Part shown: piece by piece, positions 12,201-28,595 of the stretch
Layout: every line of letters begins with the position of its first letter
How positions within the stretch are numbered: the stretch's first letter is position 1
Source: Octopus vulgaris
Lineage: Eukaryota
Length of the DNA: 64,000 nucleotides
NCBI GenBank assembly: GCA_951406725.2
Contig: OX597817.1
Span: 98,332,001 to 98,396,000 of the forward strand
Direction: 5' to 3'
Translations under genes and position numbers: made by a program
Notes under the pieces: generated by a model
What the model was told of the DNA's origin: nothing
Seen by the model: the letters and a program-made list of their open reading frames with translations, nothing else
The model's database searches: none

Positions 12201-13100
12201 GCATTTATAATCAGCCCTCTTTCCCTTTTTCTGGCAAGGATGTAGTCAATCTGGCTGGTGTGTCTGCCAGAACGGTAGGTGACTAGGCGAGAGGTGGGCT
12301 TCCTGAAGTTGGTATTGCAGACCATAAGGTCATTTGCATCGCAGAACTCCAGCAACCTGGTTCCCTCCTCATTTTGAGAGCCAAAACCGTAGCCTCCATG
12401 GACGCCATGGAAGCACCCGACATGTCGTCCAACATGTCCATTGAAATCACCTGCCACGAAGAGAAGGTCACTGTCATTTGTCAACGAGGTAGTCCGCAAT
12501 AGGGTGTCATAGAATTGGTCTTTTGTCCTTCCGGTAGCCCTGGTTGAGGTGCATATACCGAGATGATGGTAGCTGTCCTAAGGTGAAGGACTAATCTAAT
12601 TTTAATTACTCTGTCACTTACTCTGACTACCTCGATTACCTTACCTACCCATTTCTCCGCAAGAAGTAGACCCACGCCCCCGACCCCGTCAGTGTTCCCT
12701 GCCCAGAAAATCTTGTACCTGTGTTCCTTGCCTGTGAGGAGCCTAGCGGAACCTCCTCTCCACCTTACTTCCTGGATACAACATACATCCACACGTCTCC
12801 GTTCAAGCAGCTCTACAATCTCTCCAGACCTACCTTTCAATGAGCCAACATTGAGTGTGCCAACTCTGAGGGTGTGGGCATCAGAGACCCTAGGATGAAG
12901 GACAGCCGTGTCATGTACCTGAAAAGAAAGATTGCATTTGGCAGATTTCATATGGAAACACTAGACTACAAACTGCATACATTTCACAATTTTTTGCGCT
13001 ATATGATCAGATAAACCCTATATAGGTGCTTCTGGGGGAGAGGGTAGTTTCCGGTATTTAGGTAGAAACTTCCGGTATTGGTAGAGGGGGTGGGAGAGCG
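9298..13100 (-). mobile_element. RTE-clade LINE, near full length, (GAT)n tail
   Basis: Single APE+RT frame (GTLNVGSL, CCIQEVRW, GDFNGHVG, QIDYIL, NYRGIKLL, VGVHQGSVLSPLLF, LLYADD, RLRWYGHVAR, RGRPRKTW) with two frameshifts and one stop. The 3' UTR has ~63-bp tandem repeats (9465-9680). The 5' boundary is approximate. Confidence 0.93.
9879..12951 (-). pseudogene. RTE APE-RT polyprotein (lightly disrupted)
   Basis: ORFs 12481-12951, 11102-12499 and 9879-11018 are colinear. Confidence 0.92.
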
Positions 13101-13106
13101 GGCGAG

Positions 13107-14003
13107 GAAATCGAAGCAACTAGTTTGAATACTATATTTGAGGGGAAAAATAATTAGATAAATGAATAAAAGCCAGAGAGAGAATGAAAATAAATAAATA
13201 ATAAGAAAATACGATATGATATATGATACGAGGGGGCATATTTTGGAGGAGGAGAATGGAATAAACAACAAAGATGGCATTGAAAGAAAAGATAAACTTT
13301 AAAAATGCATGAAGACGCCATGTTTAGAGAAAAGAGAAACGAAAGGCGAACAGATCAAGGTATCCAAACAAAACGCTTAAAAATATGAAAAGAGGAGGTT
13401 GAGAGTTGACTTAGCTGGCCATTTTTGAAAATCCGTGTTTTCTCAGGAGGTGTAGCGAGTAAAAGTGGAGGAGATACGATCGCCCACTGGCTTTTATAAG
13501 GGAATTAGGGATTTGTGTGTGTGTGTGGAGGGGGTCGGAAACACGAAGGGAGAGAGAGAGAAAATCGAAGCAACTGGTTTGAATACTATATTTGAGGGGA
13601 AAAATAATTAGATAAATGAATGAAAGCCAGAGAGAGAATGAAAATAAATAAATAATAAAAAATACGATATGATATATGATACGAGGGGGCATATTTTGGA
13701 GGAGGAGAATGGAATAAACAACGAAGATGGCGCTGAAAGAAAAGATAAACTTTAAAAATGCATAAAGACGCCATGTTTAGAGAATAGAGAAACGAAAATG
13801 GGAACAGATCAAGGTATCCAAACAAAATGCTTAAAAATATGAAAAGAGCAGGTTGAGAGTTGACTTAGCTGGCCATTTTTGAAAATCCGTGTTTTCTCAG
13901 GAGGTGTAGCGAGTAAATGAGGAGGAGAAACGATCGCCCACTGGCTTTTATAAGGGAATTAGGGATTTGTGTGTGTGTGTGCGGAGGGGGTCGGAAGCAC
14001 GAG

Positions 14004-14052
<49 letters not shown>

Positions 14053-16079
14053 TCGAAGCAACTAGTTTGAATACTATATTTCAGGGGGAAAATAATTAGA
14101 TAAATGAATGAAAGCTAGAGAGAGAATGAAAATAAATAAATAATAAAAAATACGATATGATATATGATACGAGGGGGCATATTTTGGAGGAGGAGAATGG
14201 AATAAACAACGAAGATGGCGCTGAAAGAAAAGATAAACTTTAAAAATGCATGAAGACGCCATGTTTAGAGAATAGAGAAACGAAAGGCGAACAGATCAAG
14301 GTATCCAAACAAAACGCTTAAAAATATGAAAAGAGGAGGTTGAGAGTTGACTTAGCTGGCCATTTTTGAAAATCCGTGTTTTCTCAGGAGGTGTAGCGAG
14401 TAAAAGTGGAGGAGATACGATCGCCCACTGGCTTTTATAAGGGAATTAGGGATTTTGTGTGTGTGTGGAGGGGGTCGGAAACACGAAGGGAGAGAGAGAG
14501 AGAGAAAATCGAAGCAACTGGTTTGAATACTATATTTGAGGGGAAAAATAATTAGATAAATGAATGAAAGCCAGAGAGAGAATGAAAATAAATAAATAAT
14601 AAAAAATACGATATGATATATGATACGAGGGGGCATATTTTGGAGGAGGAGAATGGAATAAACAACGAAGATGGCGCTGAAAGAAAAGATAAACTTTAAA
14701 AATGCATAAAGACGCCATGTTTAGAGAATAGAGAAACGAAAATGGGAACAGATCAAGGTATCCAAACAAAACGCTTAAAAATATGAAAAGAGCAGGTTGA
14801 GAGTTGACTTAGCTGGCCATTATTGAAAATCCGTGTTTTCTCAGGAGGTGTAGCGAGTAAATGAGGAGGAGAAACGATCGCCCACTGGCTTTTATAAGGG
14901 AATTAGGGATTTGTGTGTGTGTGTGGAAGGGGTCGGAAGCACGAGGGGAGAGAGAGAGAGAGAGAGAGAAAATCGAAGCAACTAGTTTGAATACTATATT
15001 TCAGGGGAAAAATAATTAGATAAATGAATGAAAGCTAGAGAGAGAATGAAAATAAATAAATAATAAAAAATACGATATGATATATGATACGAGGGGGCAT
15101 ATTTTGGAGGAGGAGAATGGAATAAACAACGAAGATGGCGCTGAAAGTAAAGATAAACTTTAAAAATGCATGAAGACGCCATGTTTAGAGAATAGAGAAA
15201 CGAAAGGCGAACAGATCAAGGTATCCAAACAAAACGCTTAAAAATATGAAAAGAGCAGGTTGAGAGTTGACTTAGCTGGCCATTTTTGAAAATCCGTGTT
15301 TTCTCAGGAGGTGTAGCGAGTAAATGAGGAGGAGATACGATCGCCCACTGGCTTTTATAAGGGATTTAGGGATTTGTGTGTGTGTGTGAAGGGGGTCGGA
15401 AACACGAGGGGAGAGGGAGAGAGAGAGAGAGAAAATCGAAGCAACTAGTTTGAATACTATATTTCAGGGGGAAAATAATTAGATAAATGAATGAAAGCTA
15501 GAGAGAGAATGAAAATAAATAAATAATAAAAAATACGATATGATATATGATACGAGGGGGCATATTTTGGAGGAGGAGAATGGAATAAACAACGAAGATG
15601 GCGCTGAAAGAAAAGATAAACTTCAAAAATGCATGAAGACGCCATGTTTAGAGAAAAGGGAAACGAAAGGTGAACAGATCAAGGTATCCAAACAAAACGC
15701 TTAAAAATATGAAAAGAGCAAGTTGAGAGTTGACTTAGCTGGCCATTTTTGAAAATCCGTGTTTTCTCTGGAGTTGTAACGAATAAATGAGGAGGAGACA
15801 CGATCGCCCACTGGCTTTTATAAGGGAATTAGGGATTTGTGTGCGTGTGTGGAGGGTGTCGGAAACACGAGGGGAGAGAGAGAGAGAGAGAGAGAGAAAA
15901 TCGAAGCAACTAGTTTGAATACTATATTTGAGGGGAAAATTAATTAGACAAATGAATGAATGCCAGAGAGAGAATGAAAATAAATAAATAATAAAAAATA
16001 CGATATGATATATGATACGAGGGGGCATATTTTGGAGGAGGAGAATGGAATAAACAACGAAGATGGCGCTGAAAGAAGA
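13107..16079. repeat. Tandem array of ~465-bp units (about 6.4 copies), each with internal (TG)n and (GA)n
   Basis: aaatcgaagcaact...gaatactata recurs near 13108, 13562, 14050, 14505, 14969, 15433 and 15898. Confidence 0.95.
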
Positions 16080-16163
16080 GATGTATATATATATATATTT
16101 ATATATATATGTATATATATATATGTATATATATATGTATATATATATGTATATATGTATATA

Positions 16164-16219
<56 letters not shown>

Positions 16220-16220
<1 letters not shown>

Positions 16221-16765
16221 ATAGTTATCGCCATACTAATATGGCATTCTTATAAAAATAAGAAAAAAGCTGTCCGCTTATTAGCTCCATGAGGCCATCG
16301 CCTTAAGTTAGCTATTTGATACACAAACTGTATCCATATAACCTTCGAACAAGGGAGGTCAGTCGCTCCACACTACTTGACCGGCAGCTACAGACGCGTT
16401 TCGGGGTATTGCCCCTTTTCAATGCAGCGTAGCCAGCCAGTAGGTGTCGCTTCCGACAATCTCTGTTCGATGGTTTTATTTACCTAGTTTCGGTGGAATA
16501 CATCCACTTGTTTTCAATAATAGAAATATTAAAATAACTAAGTCTCTCTTAGAGAGACTAAGTCTTTTGCCCGTGTTCTTCCAAGTGCTGCCAGGTTAGT
16601 AACAGAACTGAAGTCGCTGTAATAGAGAAGAAACGGCATAAGCTGCCTCCTTCCTGTTCTTCCAGTTCTCGTTTCGTTATTTCGCTCGGTGTCTGATGTC
16701 GCTGAAGTCAAAACAGGAATGAAAGAGACTTACTTGTTTATTGCCACAATAGTAGTAGTAGTAGT
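16220..16765 (-). mobile_element. Non-coding Penelope pLTR-like element with hammerhead; homologous fragment at 60784-60972
   Basis: atagttatcgcca..ctaatatggca...gaggccatcgcc...aaccttcgaaca.gggaggtcag is shared with 60784-60972. Confidence 0.65.
16387..16428 (-). ncRNA. Minimal type I hammerhead ribozyme, U3:A8 core variant, GUC cleavage triplet
   Basis: Minus strand: gctgca TTGAAAA gggg caata cccc GAA acgcgT C tgtagc; stems I and II pair and stem III is palindromic. Confidence 0.75.
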
Positions 16766-16826
16766 ATGTGTGTATATATATATGTATATATATATACATG
16801 TATATATATGTGTGTATATATATATG

Positions 16827-16859
<33 letters not shown>

Positions 16860-17048
16860 GTATATATATATGTATATATATAAGTATATATATATATGTA
16901 TATATATATATGTATATATATATATATGTATATATATTTATGTAAATATATATATATGTATATATATATGTATATATATATATTTATGTATATATATGTA
17001 TATATGTATATATATGTGAATATATATATATATGTATATATATATATG

Positions 17049-17095
<47 letters not shown>

Positions 17096-17104
17096 TTTTT
17101 TTTG

Positions 17105-19159
<2,055 letters not shown>

Positions 19160-19160
<1 letters not shown>

Positions 19161-19571
19161 AATGTAATTAGTGAATGGAAGAAATGGAGTTCAACGAAGA
19201 TTGTACAGAATTCCTTTTATTACATACTACACATGTTTGAAAGCCCACAATTTTCCAAATTATGATTAAATAAGGATACCATATTGCAGCTTTCTCTTCA
19301 GGAAAAAGCAGGAATTACGTTGACCGAACAAAACAAAATAGAGGTGCAGCAAAGCAAATTCGAACGAGCAAATTTGCTTTGCTGCGCCTCTGTTTTGTTT
19401 TGTTCGGTCAACGTTATTCCTGCTTTTTCCTGAAGAGAAAGCTGCAACATGGTATCCTTATTTAATCAGAATTTGGAAAATTGTGGCCTTTGAAACATGT
19501 GTAGAATGTAATAAAATGAATTCTGTACAATCTTCGTTCAACTCCATTTCTTCCATTCACTAATTATATTA
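19160..19571. repeat. ~410-bp palindrome of two inverted pLTR-like arms, each with a hammerhead-like motif
   Basis: taattagtgaatggaagaaatggagtt...aactccatttcttccattcactaatta, centred on gcagcaaagcaaatt-cgaacgagca-aatttgctttgctgc. Confidence 0.9.
19427..19506 (+). ncRNA. Hammerhead ribozyme-like motif (CUGAAGA core, GUA)
   Basis: ttc CTGAAGA gaaagctgcaa...ttgtggccttt GAAAC atgt GTA gaa; stem I is short. Confidence 0.6.
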
Positions 19572-19725
19572 AACTTCAATTATCCGCACCAACGCACGGT
19601 TGCAACACCAAATGGTCTTATCTCCAACCGTGTTTTTCTCTGCTGTGATTTTTGCTACCCAGGTATCGGTTAAACTTTTGAATAATCTGTAACAAGAAAA
19701 TTCATCTTTCCATTCCATTTCAACA

Positions 19726-20082
<357 letters not shown>

Positions 20083-21073
20083 ATGCAGATGACACAAAAG
20101 TCTCCCACGCAATACAAAACCCTGAAAATATTGCGCATCTGCAACATGAGCTGGACACAATATACATTTGGGCTGAGGACAACAACGTGAAGTTTAATGC
20201 AGGTAAGTTCCAGGCCCTGCGCTACTGGCACACAAAGGTAAATGACGTGAAGACTGGATACACTGGCCCAGGAAGAATTGCAATCCCTGAGTCAAAATCA
20301 GTGCGTGACCTGGGCATTGACATGAGCAATGATGCATCTTTCCAAATGCATATTGCTAATCTGGTGATAAAATGCAGACGGCTAGCTGGATGGATTCTCC
20401 GAACTTTCAGAACAAGAGAGAAGGAGACACTGATGGTCCTATGGAAAACATTTGTCCTCAGCCGCTTGGACTACTGCTCCCAACTTTGGTCACCACACAA
20501 TATAAACCAAACAGCAGAACTCGAAGCAACTCGGAGAAGCTACACAAAGAAAATCGTCTCAATGCAAAATGTCAGCTACTGGGAAAGACTGAAGGTATTA
20601 AACCTCTTCTCCCTGGAGCGGAGGCGGGAGAGATATGCAGTGATATACATCTGGAAAATCCTGGAGGGTCTTGTCCCAAACTTTGGCATTCAAAGTTACT
20701 CCAACTGCAGAACGGGCGCCGCTGCGTGGTGCCAAGGATTCCAAGATCACCATCAAAATACAGGTCCAGATACTGCAACAGCTTGGGCTTCAGAGGACCA
20801 CAGCTCTTTAACATCCTCCCTAAATGCCTGAGAGACTTACATGGTGTGGATGTGGGTTTCTTTAAAACTAAACTGGATCTCTTCTTGTTGGGAGTCCCAG
20901 ATGAACCTACCTCACGACAGGAGACGCGGATGCGGGCAGCAGCATCGAACTCCCTTGTTGATCAAGTGCCACGTACCAGAGGTGGATTCTCAAATTAGTG
21001 TAGCTCATTCAGCGGTGGTGCCCCAGCGTGGCCGCGGCCTTCGGGCTAAAACATTTTTAAGGATTTAAGGATT
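20083..21073 (+). mobile_element. 5'-truncated CR1-like LINE (subfamily of copy A), intact 3' tail (TAAGGATT)n
   Basis: Begins at the YADDTK codons; ends ggccttcgggctaaaacatttttaaggatttaaggattt. Confidence 0.93.
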
Positions 21074-21111
21074 TATATATGTATATATATATATATGTAT
21101 ATATATATATG

Positions 21112-21173
<62 letters not shown>

Positions 21174-21231
21174 TATGTATGTATATATATATATGTATGT
21201 ATATATATATATATATGTATGTATATATGTA

Positions 21232-21388
21232 CGAGGGACGTTCAATTAGTAATGCCTCTGACCCACTTGCAGTTGTTTGATCTAGCTGAAATTTTGCATG
21301 TGCATACGGTATGATATATGATACGAGGGGGCATATTTTGGAGGAGGAGAATGGAATAAACAACGAAGATGGCGCTGAAAGAAGAGAT
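21232..21388 (+). mobile_element. Mariner left-end stub (~75 bp) fused to a copy of the end of the 465-bp array
   Basis: cgagggacgttcaattagtaat... matches 32552 onward; 21310-21388 matches 16004-16081. Confidence 0.85.
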
Positions 21389-21664
21389 GTATATATATAT
21401 TTATATATATATGTATATATATATGTATATATATATATGCTTTCCTAAAACTTGATTTCGAAACGTACGTCCGTAGGTGACTTAAAATTGTATGATAGAT
21501 TGCCGTCATTTCATTCTCTCTTACCTGTCTGTGTTTGCCTTTCAAGTGCTGTGTTTTTACTGAGATCTCCCTTTTAGTAGAAGGAATAGCTATAACTCTT
21601 TGACTGCTATTTCTAAATTCGGTGTGTGGTGAGGCAATTCGTTGCTAAACCCTTAATTGCTTAG

Positions 21665-22233
<569 letters not shown>

Positions 22234-22468
22234 TTTATAATTATTCAATATAGGGTAGCAAAAAAAATTCAGCAGAAATTATTTGCCACCAGCGGTCTAG
22301 TAGGAAAAATAGATAGTCAGAGACTATTAATACATTCAACATCAAAATATAGGAACAGCCATAATAGGCTGTTCAACCTACTAGAAATAGCAGCCAAGGC
22401 TTAAACTGCAAACAAGTATTAATTCCAAAAACCAGGAGAAAATTTAAAAAAAAACATTTACCCTGATG

Positions 22469-22573
22469 TACTTTATACGATGCATCGTTTCATCTGTTTT
22501 TTAATGGTAAATCAGCCCGATTAAATTAAATCAAGCTAATCCTCCATAAGCCAACAAATTCTTCAGTAAAGTA
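22469..22573 (-). ncRNA. Type I hammerhead ribozyme (inverted copy)
   Basis: Reverse complement of 23060-23164 with all core nucleotides intact. Confidence 0.88.
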
Positions 22574-23059
22574 AGCCAGATTAGCGAGATATTTACGAGG
22601 TAGTATCACTGCTGCCCCGGTAATATCTGACCTAAAATTTTTCAAATCAGCGTATTCGCGCCAAATTTATCGGCAGCAAATCAAAGCTGCCGATTCCATT
22701 TCGGAATTAAACAGAAAATTCATAATTATTAAAGCCTTGGCTGCTATTTCTAGTAGGTTGAACAGCCTATTATGGCTGTTCCTATATTTTGATGTTGAAT
22801 GTATTAATAGTCTCTGACTATCTATTTTTCCTACTAGACCGCTGGTGGCAAATAATTTCTGCTGAATAATTTCTGCTGAATTTTTTTGCTACCCTATATT
22901 GAATAATTATGAATTTTCTGTTTAATTCCGAAATGGAATCGGCAGCTTTGATTTGCTGCCGATAAATTTGGCGCGAATACGCTAATTTCAAAACTTTTAG
23001 GTCAGATATTGCCTAAAATTGTAGTGATACTACCTCGTAAATATCTCGCTAATCTGGCT

Positions 23060-23164
23060 TACTTTACTGAAGAATTTGTTGGCTTATGGAGGATTAGCTT
23101 GATTTAATTTAATCGGGCTGATTTAACATTAAAAAACAGATGAAACGATGCATCGTATAAAGTA
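23060..23164 (+). ncRNA. Type I hammerhead ribozyme, canonical core, predicted cleavage after GUA at 23157
   Basis: tacttta CTGAAGA atttgtt [long loop] aacagat GAA acgat gc atcgT A taaagta: 7-bp stem I, 7-bp stem II, palindromic stem III. Confidence 0.9.
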
Positions 23165-23291
23165 CATCAGGGTAAATGTTTTTTCAAAATTTTCTCCTGG
23201 TTTTTGGAATTAATACTTGTTTGCGGTTTAAGCCTTGGCTGCTATTTCTAGTAGGTTGAACAGCCTATTATGGCTGTTCCTATATTTTGAT

Positions 23292-24808
<1,517 letters not shown>

Positions 24809-24810
<2 letters not shown>

Positions 24811-26997
24811 TCATGACAACAATACAGAACATATGCCATAAGTTTGTCCCGGAGAAAAAAGCCAGCGGGCATAGGAACGTTATTCCCAGAGACAGGAAAA
24901 TACTTATGAGGCGAAGAGCTAAGCTCTCGAAGCAACTGAATGCGCGGCAGAGAAACAATGAGAGGGACTCCACCTGAAACCTTTTGAAACGGAAACTGCA
25001 CTGAAACTTTCCTATGAGAAGGAGAGGGCCAGAGAGAGAAGCCAGGGCCATAGAGAATATTAAAACAAACCCTAAAGCCTTCTTTAAATTTGCGAAGGAA
25101 ACCACCTCGGTACACTGCAAGATTGGCCCACTCTTTGATAAAAAGGGCTCTCTAACTGAGGACCCCCAAGGGATAAGTGAAATACTAAAGGAACAGTATA
25201 AAAGTGTGTTCACATCCCCTCTGGGGCACATGCAAATCACAAACCCAGAAGTTTTCTTTGATGCCACAACACTCCAAAACCAAACAACAACCATCGACCA
25301 CATAGACATAACAGAGAGGGATGTAATATCTGCCATAGAAGAAATGAGAATAAACTCAGCTGCTGGACCAGATGGTTTCCCAGCAGTCCTCCTAAAAACA
25401 TGCAGGCATGCCCTAGCGGGACCACTGAAGAAGCTCTTCAGTGGTTCCTTGGCTAACGGTAAACTGCCCAGGGCGCTAAAAGAAGGCACCATATGCCCTA
25501 TCCACAAAGGAGGGAGTAGAGCAGAGGCCAAAAACTACAGGCCAGTCTCCCTGACGTCACACATATGTAAGGTCATGGAACGAATCGTCAGAAAAAAACT
25601 GATCACGTTCCTCGAAGAAACTAACCGTCTCACTGACACACAGCATGGCTTTCGCCCAGGAAGAAGCTGCCTTACGCAGCTGTTACAACACTACGACTGG
25701 GTACTGAAACAACTACTGGATCGCTCACAGGTGGATGTGGTATATCTCGACTTTGCGAAGGCCTTTGACAAAGTCGACCACGGAGTGATATGTCACAAAT
25801 TACTCAGACTCGGCATAACAGGAAAAGTAGGTGAGTGGATACATGACTTCCTGAAGGACAGAAGCCAGATGGTTGCAGCCAATGGAACCCTCTCGGGAAA
25901 GACACCAATAGCAAGCGGGGTGCCACAGGGCACAGTCTTGGGACCCTTGCTGTTTTTGGTGGCGCTCTCTGACATGCCCTTGGTAGCACAAACAACATCC
26001 CTCACTAGCTATGCTGATGACACAAAGGTAGCACAGGCAATCAAAAACCCAGCTGATGCTGACCTTTTACAACAAGATCTGGATGCCATATACAAATGGG
26101 CTGAAGACAACAACATGCAATTTAATGCTGGTGAATTTCAAGCCTTACAATATCAAGCTGTAAACACATATACATTACAACACAACTATACTGGTCCAGG
26201 AGGGATCGAAATCCCAGTATCGAAATCAATACGGGACCTGGGGATAGACATGAGTGACGATGCATCTTTTTCTTCACACATCGCGAAGGTGGCGACAATG
26301 TGCAGACGACTCACTGGCTGGATCCTGAGGACATTCCGGACAAGAGACTGCGAGACCATGTTGACACTATGGAGGACATTTGTCCTAAGCCGCCTGGACT
26401 ACTGCTCCCAACTGTGGTCACCGCATAGTGTCAAACTAACCACAGAGCTTGAGACAATCCAAAGACATTTCACCAAGAGGATTTCCACCATGAAAGAAAA
26501 GAACTATTGGGAGAGGCTTAGGGAACTCAATTTGTACTCCTTGGAACGAAGACGAGAGAGATATGCAGTGATATACATATGGAAAATCCTGGAGGGACTA
26601 GCACCAAATTTTGGAATTGAGAGCTGTTCCAATCCCCGTACAGGACGTCACTGTGTGGTGCCAAAGGTCCCGTCTTCCACATCCAGGGTAAGGAGCAGAT
26701 ACTGTAATAGCCTGGGGTTCAGGGGCCCTCAGCTGTTCAACAAACTGCCAAGAAAACTAAGAGATCTACATGATGCGGATGTGGACATTTTCAAAATACA
26801 TCTAGACAAGCTGCTTTCCGGGATCCCAGATGAACCCACTGCAAGGTACGAAGGTAACCTAAGGGCAGCAGCTACAAACTCTCTCTTAGATCAGTGGCCA
26901 GCCACGGCAAACTGGACTTAGAGAGGGTAGCAACAAGGGCGGTGCCCCAGCATGGCCTCAGCCGGATGGCTGAAACAAGTAAAAGAGTAAAAGAGTA
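24809..26997 (+). mobile_element. 5'-truncated CR1-like LINE, distinct subfamily, (GTAAAAGA)n tail
   Basis: Long uninterrupted RT ORF; 3' end ggcggtgccccagcatggcctcagccggatggctgaaacaagtaaaagagtaaaagagta. Confidence 0.95.
25014..26921 (+). CDS. LINE ORF2 reverse transcriptase domain and C-terminus (5'-truncated, uninterrupted 635 aa)
   Basis: [62 protein letters not shown]. Confidence 0.9.
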   Translation: MRRRGPEREARAIENIKTNPKAFFKFAKETTSVHCKIGPLFDKKGSLTEDPQGISEILKEQYKSVFTSPLGHMQITNPEVFFDATTLQNQTTTIDHIDITERDVISAIEEMRINSAAGPDGFPAVLLKTCRHALAGPLKKLFSGSLANGKLPRALKEGTICPIHKGGSRAEAKNYRPVSLTSHICKVMERIVRKKLITFLEETNRLTDTQHGFRPGRSCLTQLLQHYDWVLKQLLDRSQVDVVYLDFAKAFDKVDHGVICHKLLRLGITGKVGEWIHDFLKDRSQMVAANGTLSGKTPIASGVPQGTVLGPLLFLVALSDMPLVAQTTSLTSYADDTKVAQAIKNPADADLLQQDLDAIYKWAEDNNMQFNAGEFQALQYQAVNTYTLQHNYTGPGGIEIPVSKSIRDLGIDMSDDASFSSHIAKVATMCRRLTGWILRTFRTRDCETMLTLWRTFVLSRLDYCSQLWSPHSVKLTTELETIQRHFTKRISTMKEKNYWERLRELNLYSLERRRERYAVIYIWKILEGLAPNFGIESCSNPRTGRHCVVPKVPSSTSRVRSRYCNSLGFRGPQLFNKLPRKLRDLHDADVDIFKIHLDKLLSGIPDEPTARYEGNLRAAATNSLLDQWPATANWT

Positions 26998-27001
26998 TAT
27001 G

Positions 27002-27064
<63 letters not shown>

Positions 27065-27121
27065 GTATATATATATATGTATATATATATATGTATATAT
27101 ATATGTATATATATATATATG

Positions 27122-27160
<39 letters not shown>

Positions 27161-27279
27161 ATATATATATATATGTATGTATGTATATATATATATATAT
27201 GTATGTATATATATATATGTATGTATATATATATATATATGTATGTATGTATATATATATATATGTATGTATATATGTA

Positions 27280-27386
27280 CGAGGGACGTTCAATTAGTAA
27301 TACCTTTGACCCACTTTCAGTTGTTTGTTCTAGCTGAAATTTTGCATGTGCACTCATTTATATCTCTATAGAGTAAGTGGCAAATT
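27280..27386 (+). mobile_element. Mariner left-end stub
   Basis: Matches 32552-32658. Confidence 0.88.
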
Positions 27387-27501
27387 ATGTATATATATAT
27401 GTATATGTATATATATATGTATATGTATATATATATATGTATATATATATGTATATGTATATATATATATGTATATATATATGTATATGTATATATATAT
27501 G

Positions 27502-27536
<35 letters not shown>

Positions 27537-27595
27537 TTATATGTATATATATATATATATGTATATATATATTTATATGTATATATATATGTATA

Positions 27596-28003
27596 TACTC
27601 TTTTACTCTTTTACTTGTTTCAGTCATTTGACTGCGGTCATGCTGGAGCACCGCCTTTTAGTCGAGCAAATCGACCCCGGGACTTATTCTTTGTAAGCCC
27701 AGTACTTATTCTATCTGTCTCTTTTTGCCGAACCGCTAAGTGACGGGGACGTAAACACACCAGCATCGGTTGTCAAGCAATGCTAGGGGGACAAACACAG
27801 ACACACAAACACATACACACATATATATATATATACATATATACGACAGGCTTCTTTCAATTTCTGTCTACCAAATCCACTCACAAGGCATTGGTCGGCC
27901 CGGGGCTATAGCAGAAGACACTTGCCCAAGATGCCACGCAGTGGGACTGAACCCGGAACCATGTGGTTGGTTAGCAAGCTACTTACCACACAGCCACTCC
28001 TGC
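27596..28003 (-). mobile_element. Full-length tRNA-derived SINE with CR1-like LINE 3' tail
   Basis: Head gcaggagtggctgtgtggtaag...ggttccgggttcagtccc (A/B boxes); internal microsatellite; tail ...gactgaaacaagtaaaagagtaaaagagta. Confidence 0.9.
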
Positions 28004-28005
28004 GA

Positions 28006-28009
28006 TATA

Positions 28010-28102
<93 letters not shown>

Positions 28103-28133
28103 ATATATATATGTATATATGTATATATATATT

Positions 28134-28168
<35 letters not shown>

Positions 28169-28329
28169 GTATATATATGTATATATATATATGTATATAT
28201 ATGTATATATGTATATATATGTATATATGTATATATATATATATATGTATATATGTATATATATGTATATATGTATATATATGTATATATATATGTATAT
28301 GTATATATATATATATGTATATATATATG

Positions 28330-28362
<33 letters not shown>

Positions 28363-28507
28363 GTATGTATATATATATATATGTATATATATATGTATGT
28401 ATATATATATGTATGTATATATATATATATATGTATGTATATATATATATATATGTATATATATATTTATATGTATATATATATATATGTATATATTTAT
28501 TTATATG

Positions 28508-28540
<33 letters not shown>

Positions 28541-28595
28541 GTATATATATACATATGTATATGTATATATATATGTATATGTATATATATATGTA
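28006..28595. repeat. (TA)n microsatellite
   Basis: Seen directly. Confidence 0.97.

Larger units (their letters stand above)
22238..23292. mobile_element. Retrozyme-like / pLTR-only element: ~498-nt hammerhead-containing unit in inverted plus tandem arrangement
   Basis: The unit 22732-23229 restarts at 23230 (aagccttggctgctatttctag). 22238-22729 is a circularly permuted reverse complement of it. Confidence 0.8.

Noticed and set aside
12915-12935. Splice-acceptor-like tctttcttttcag|g at the RTE ORF start
   Set aside because: No donor or upstream exon is identifiable without transcript data.
13107-16079. Repeated short ORFs (MPPRIIYH..., MASSCIFK...) and CRISPR-like periodicity
   Set aside because: They are products of a tandem repeat with variable microsatellite lengths. 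There are no unique spacers or cas genes, and the context is eukaryotic.
21440-21480. gaaacgtacgtc half-hammerhead
   Set aside because: Only the 3' half is present and the core is lost at the microsatellite junction, so it cannot be called.
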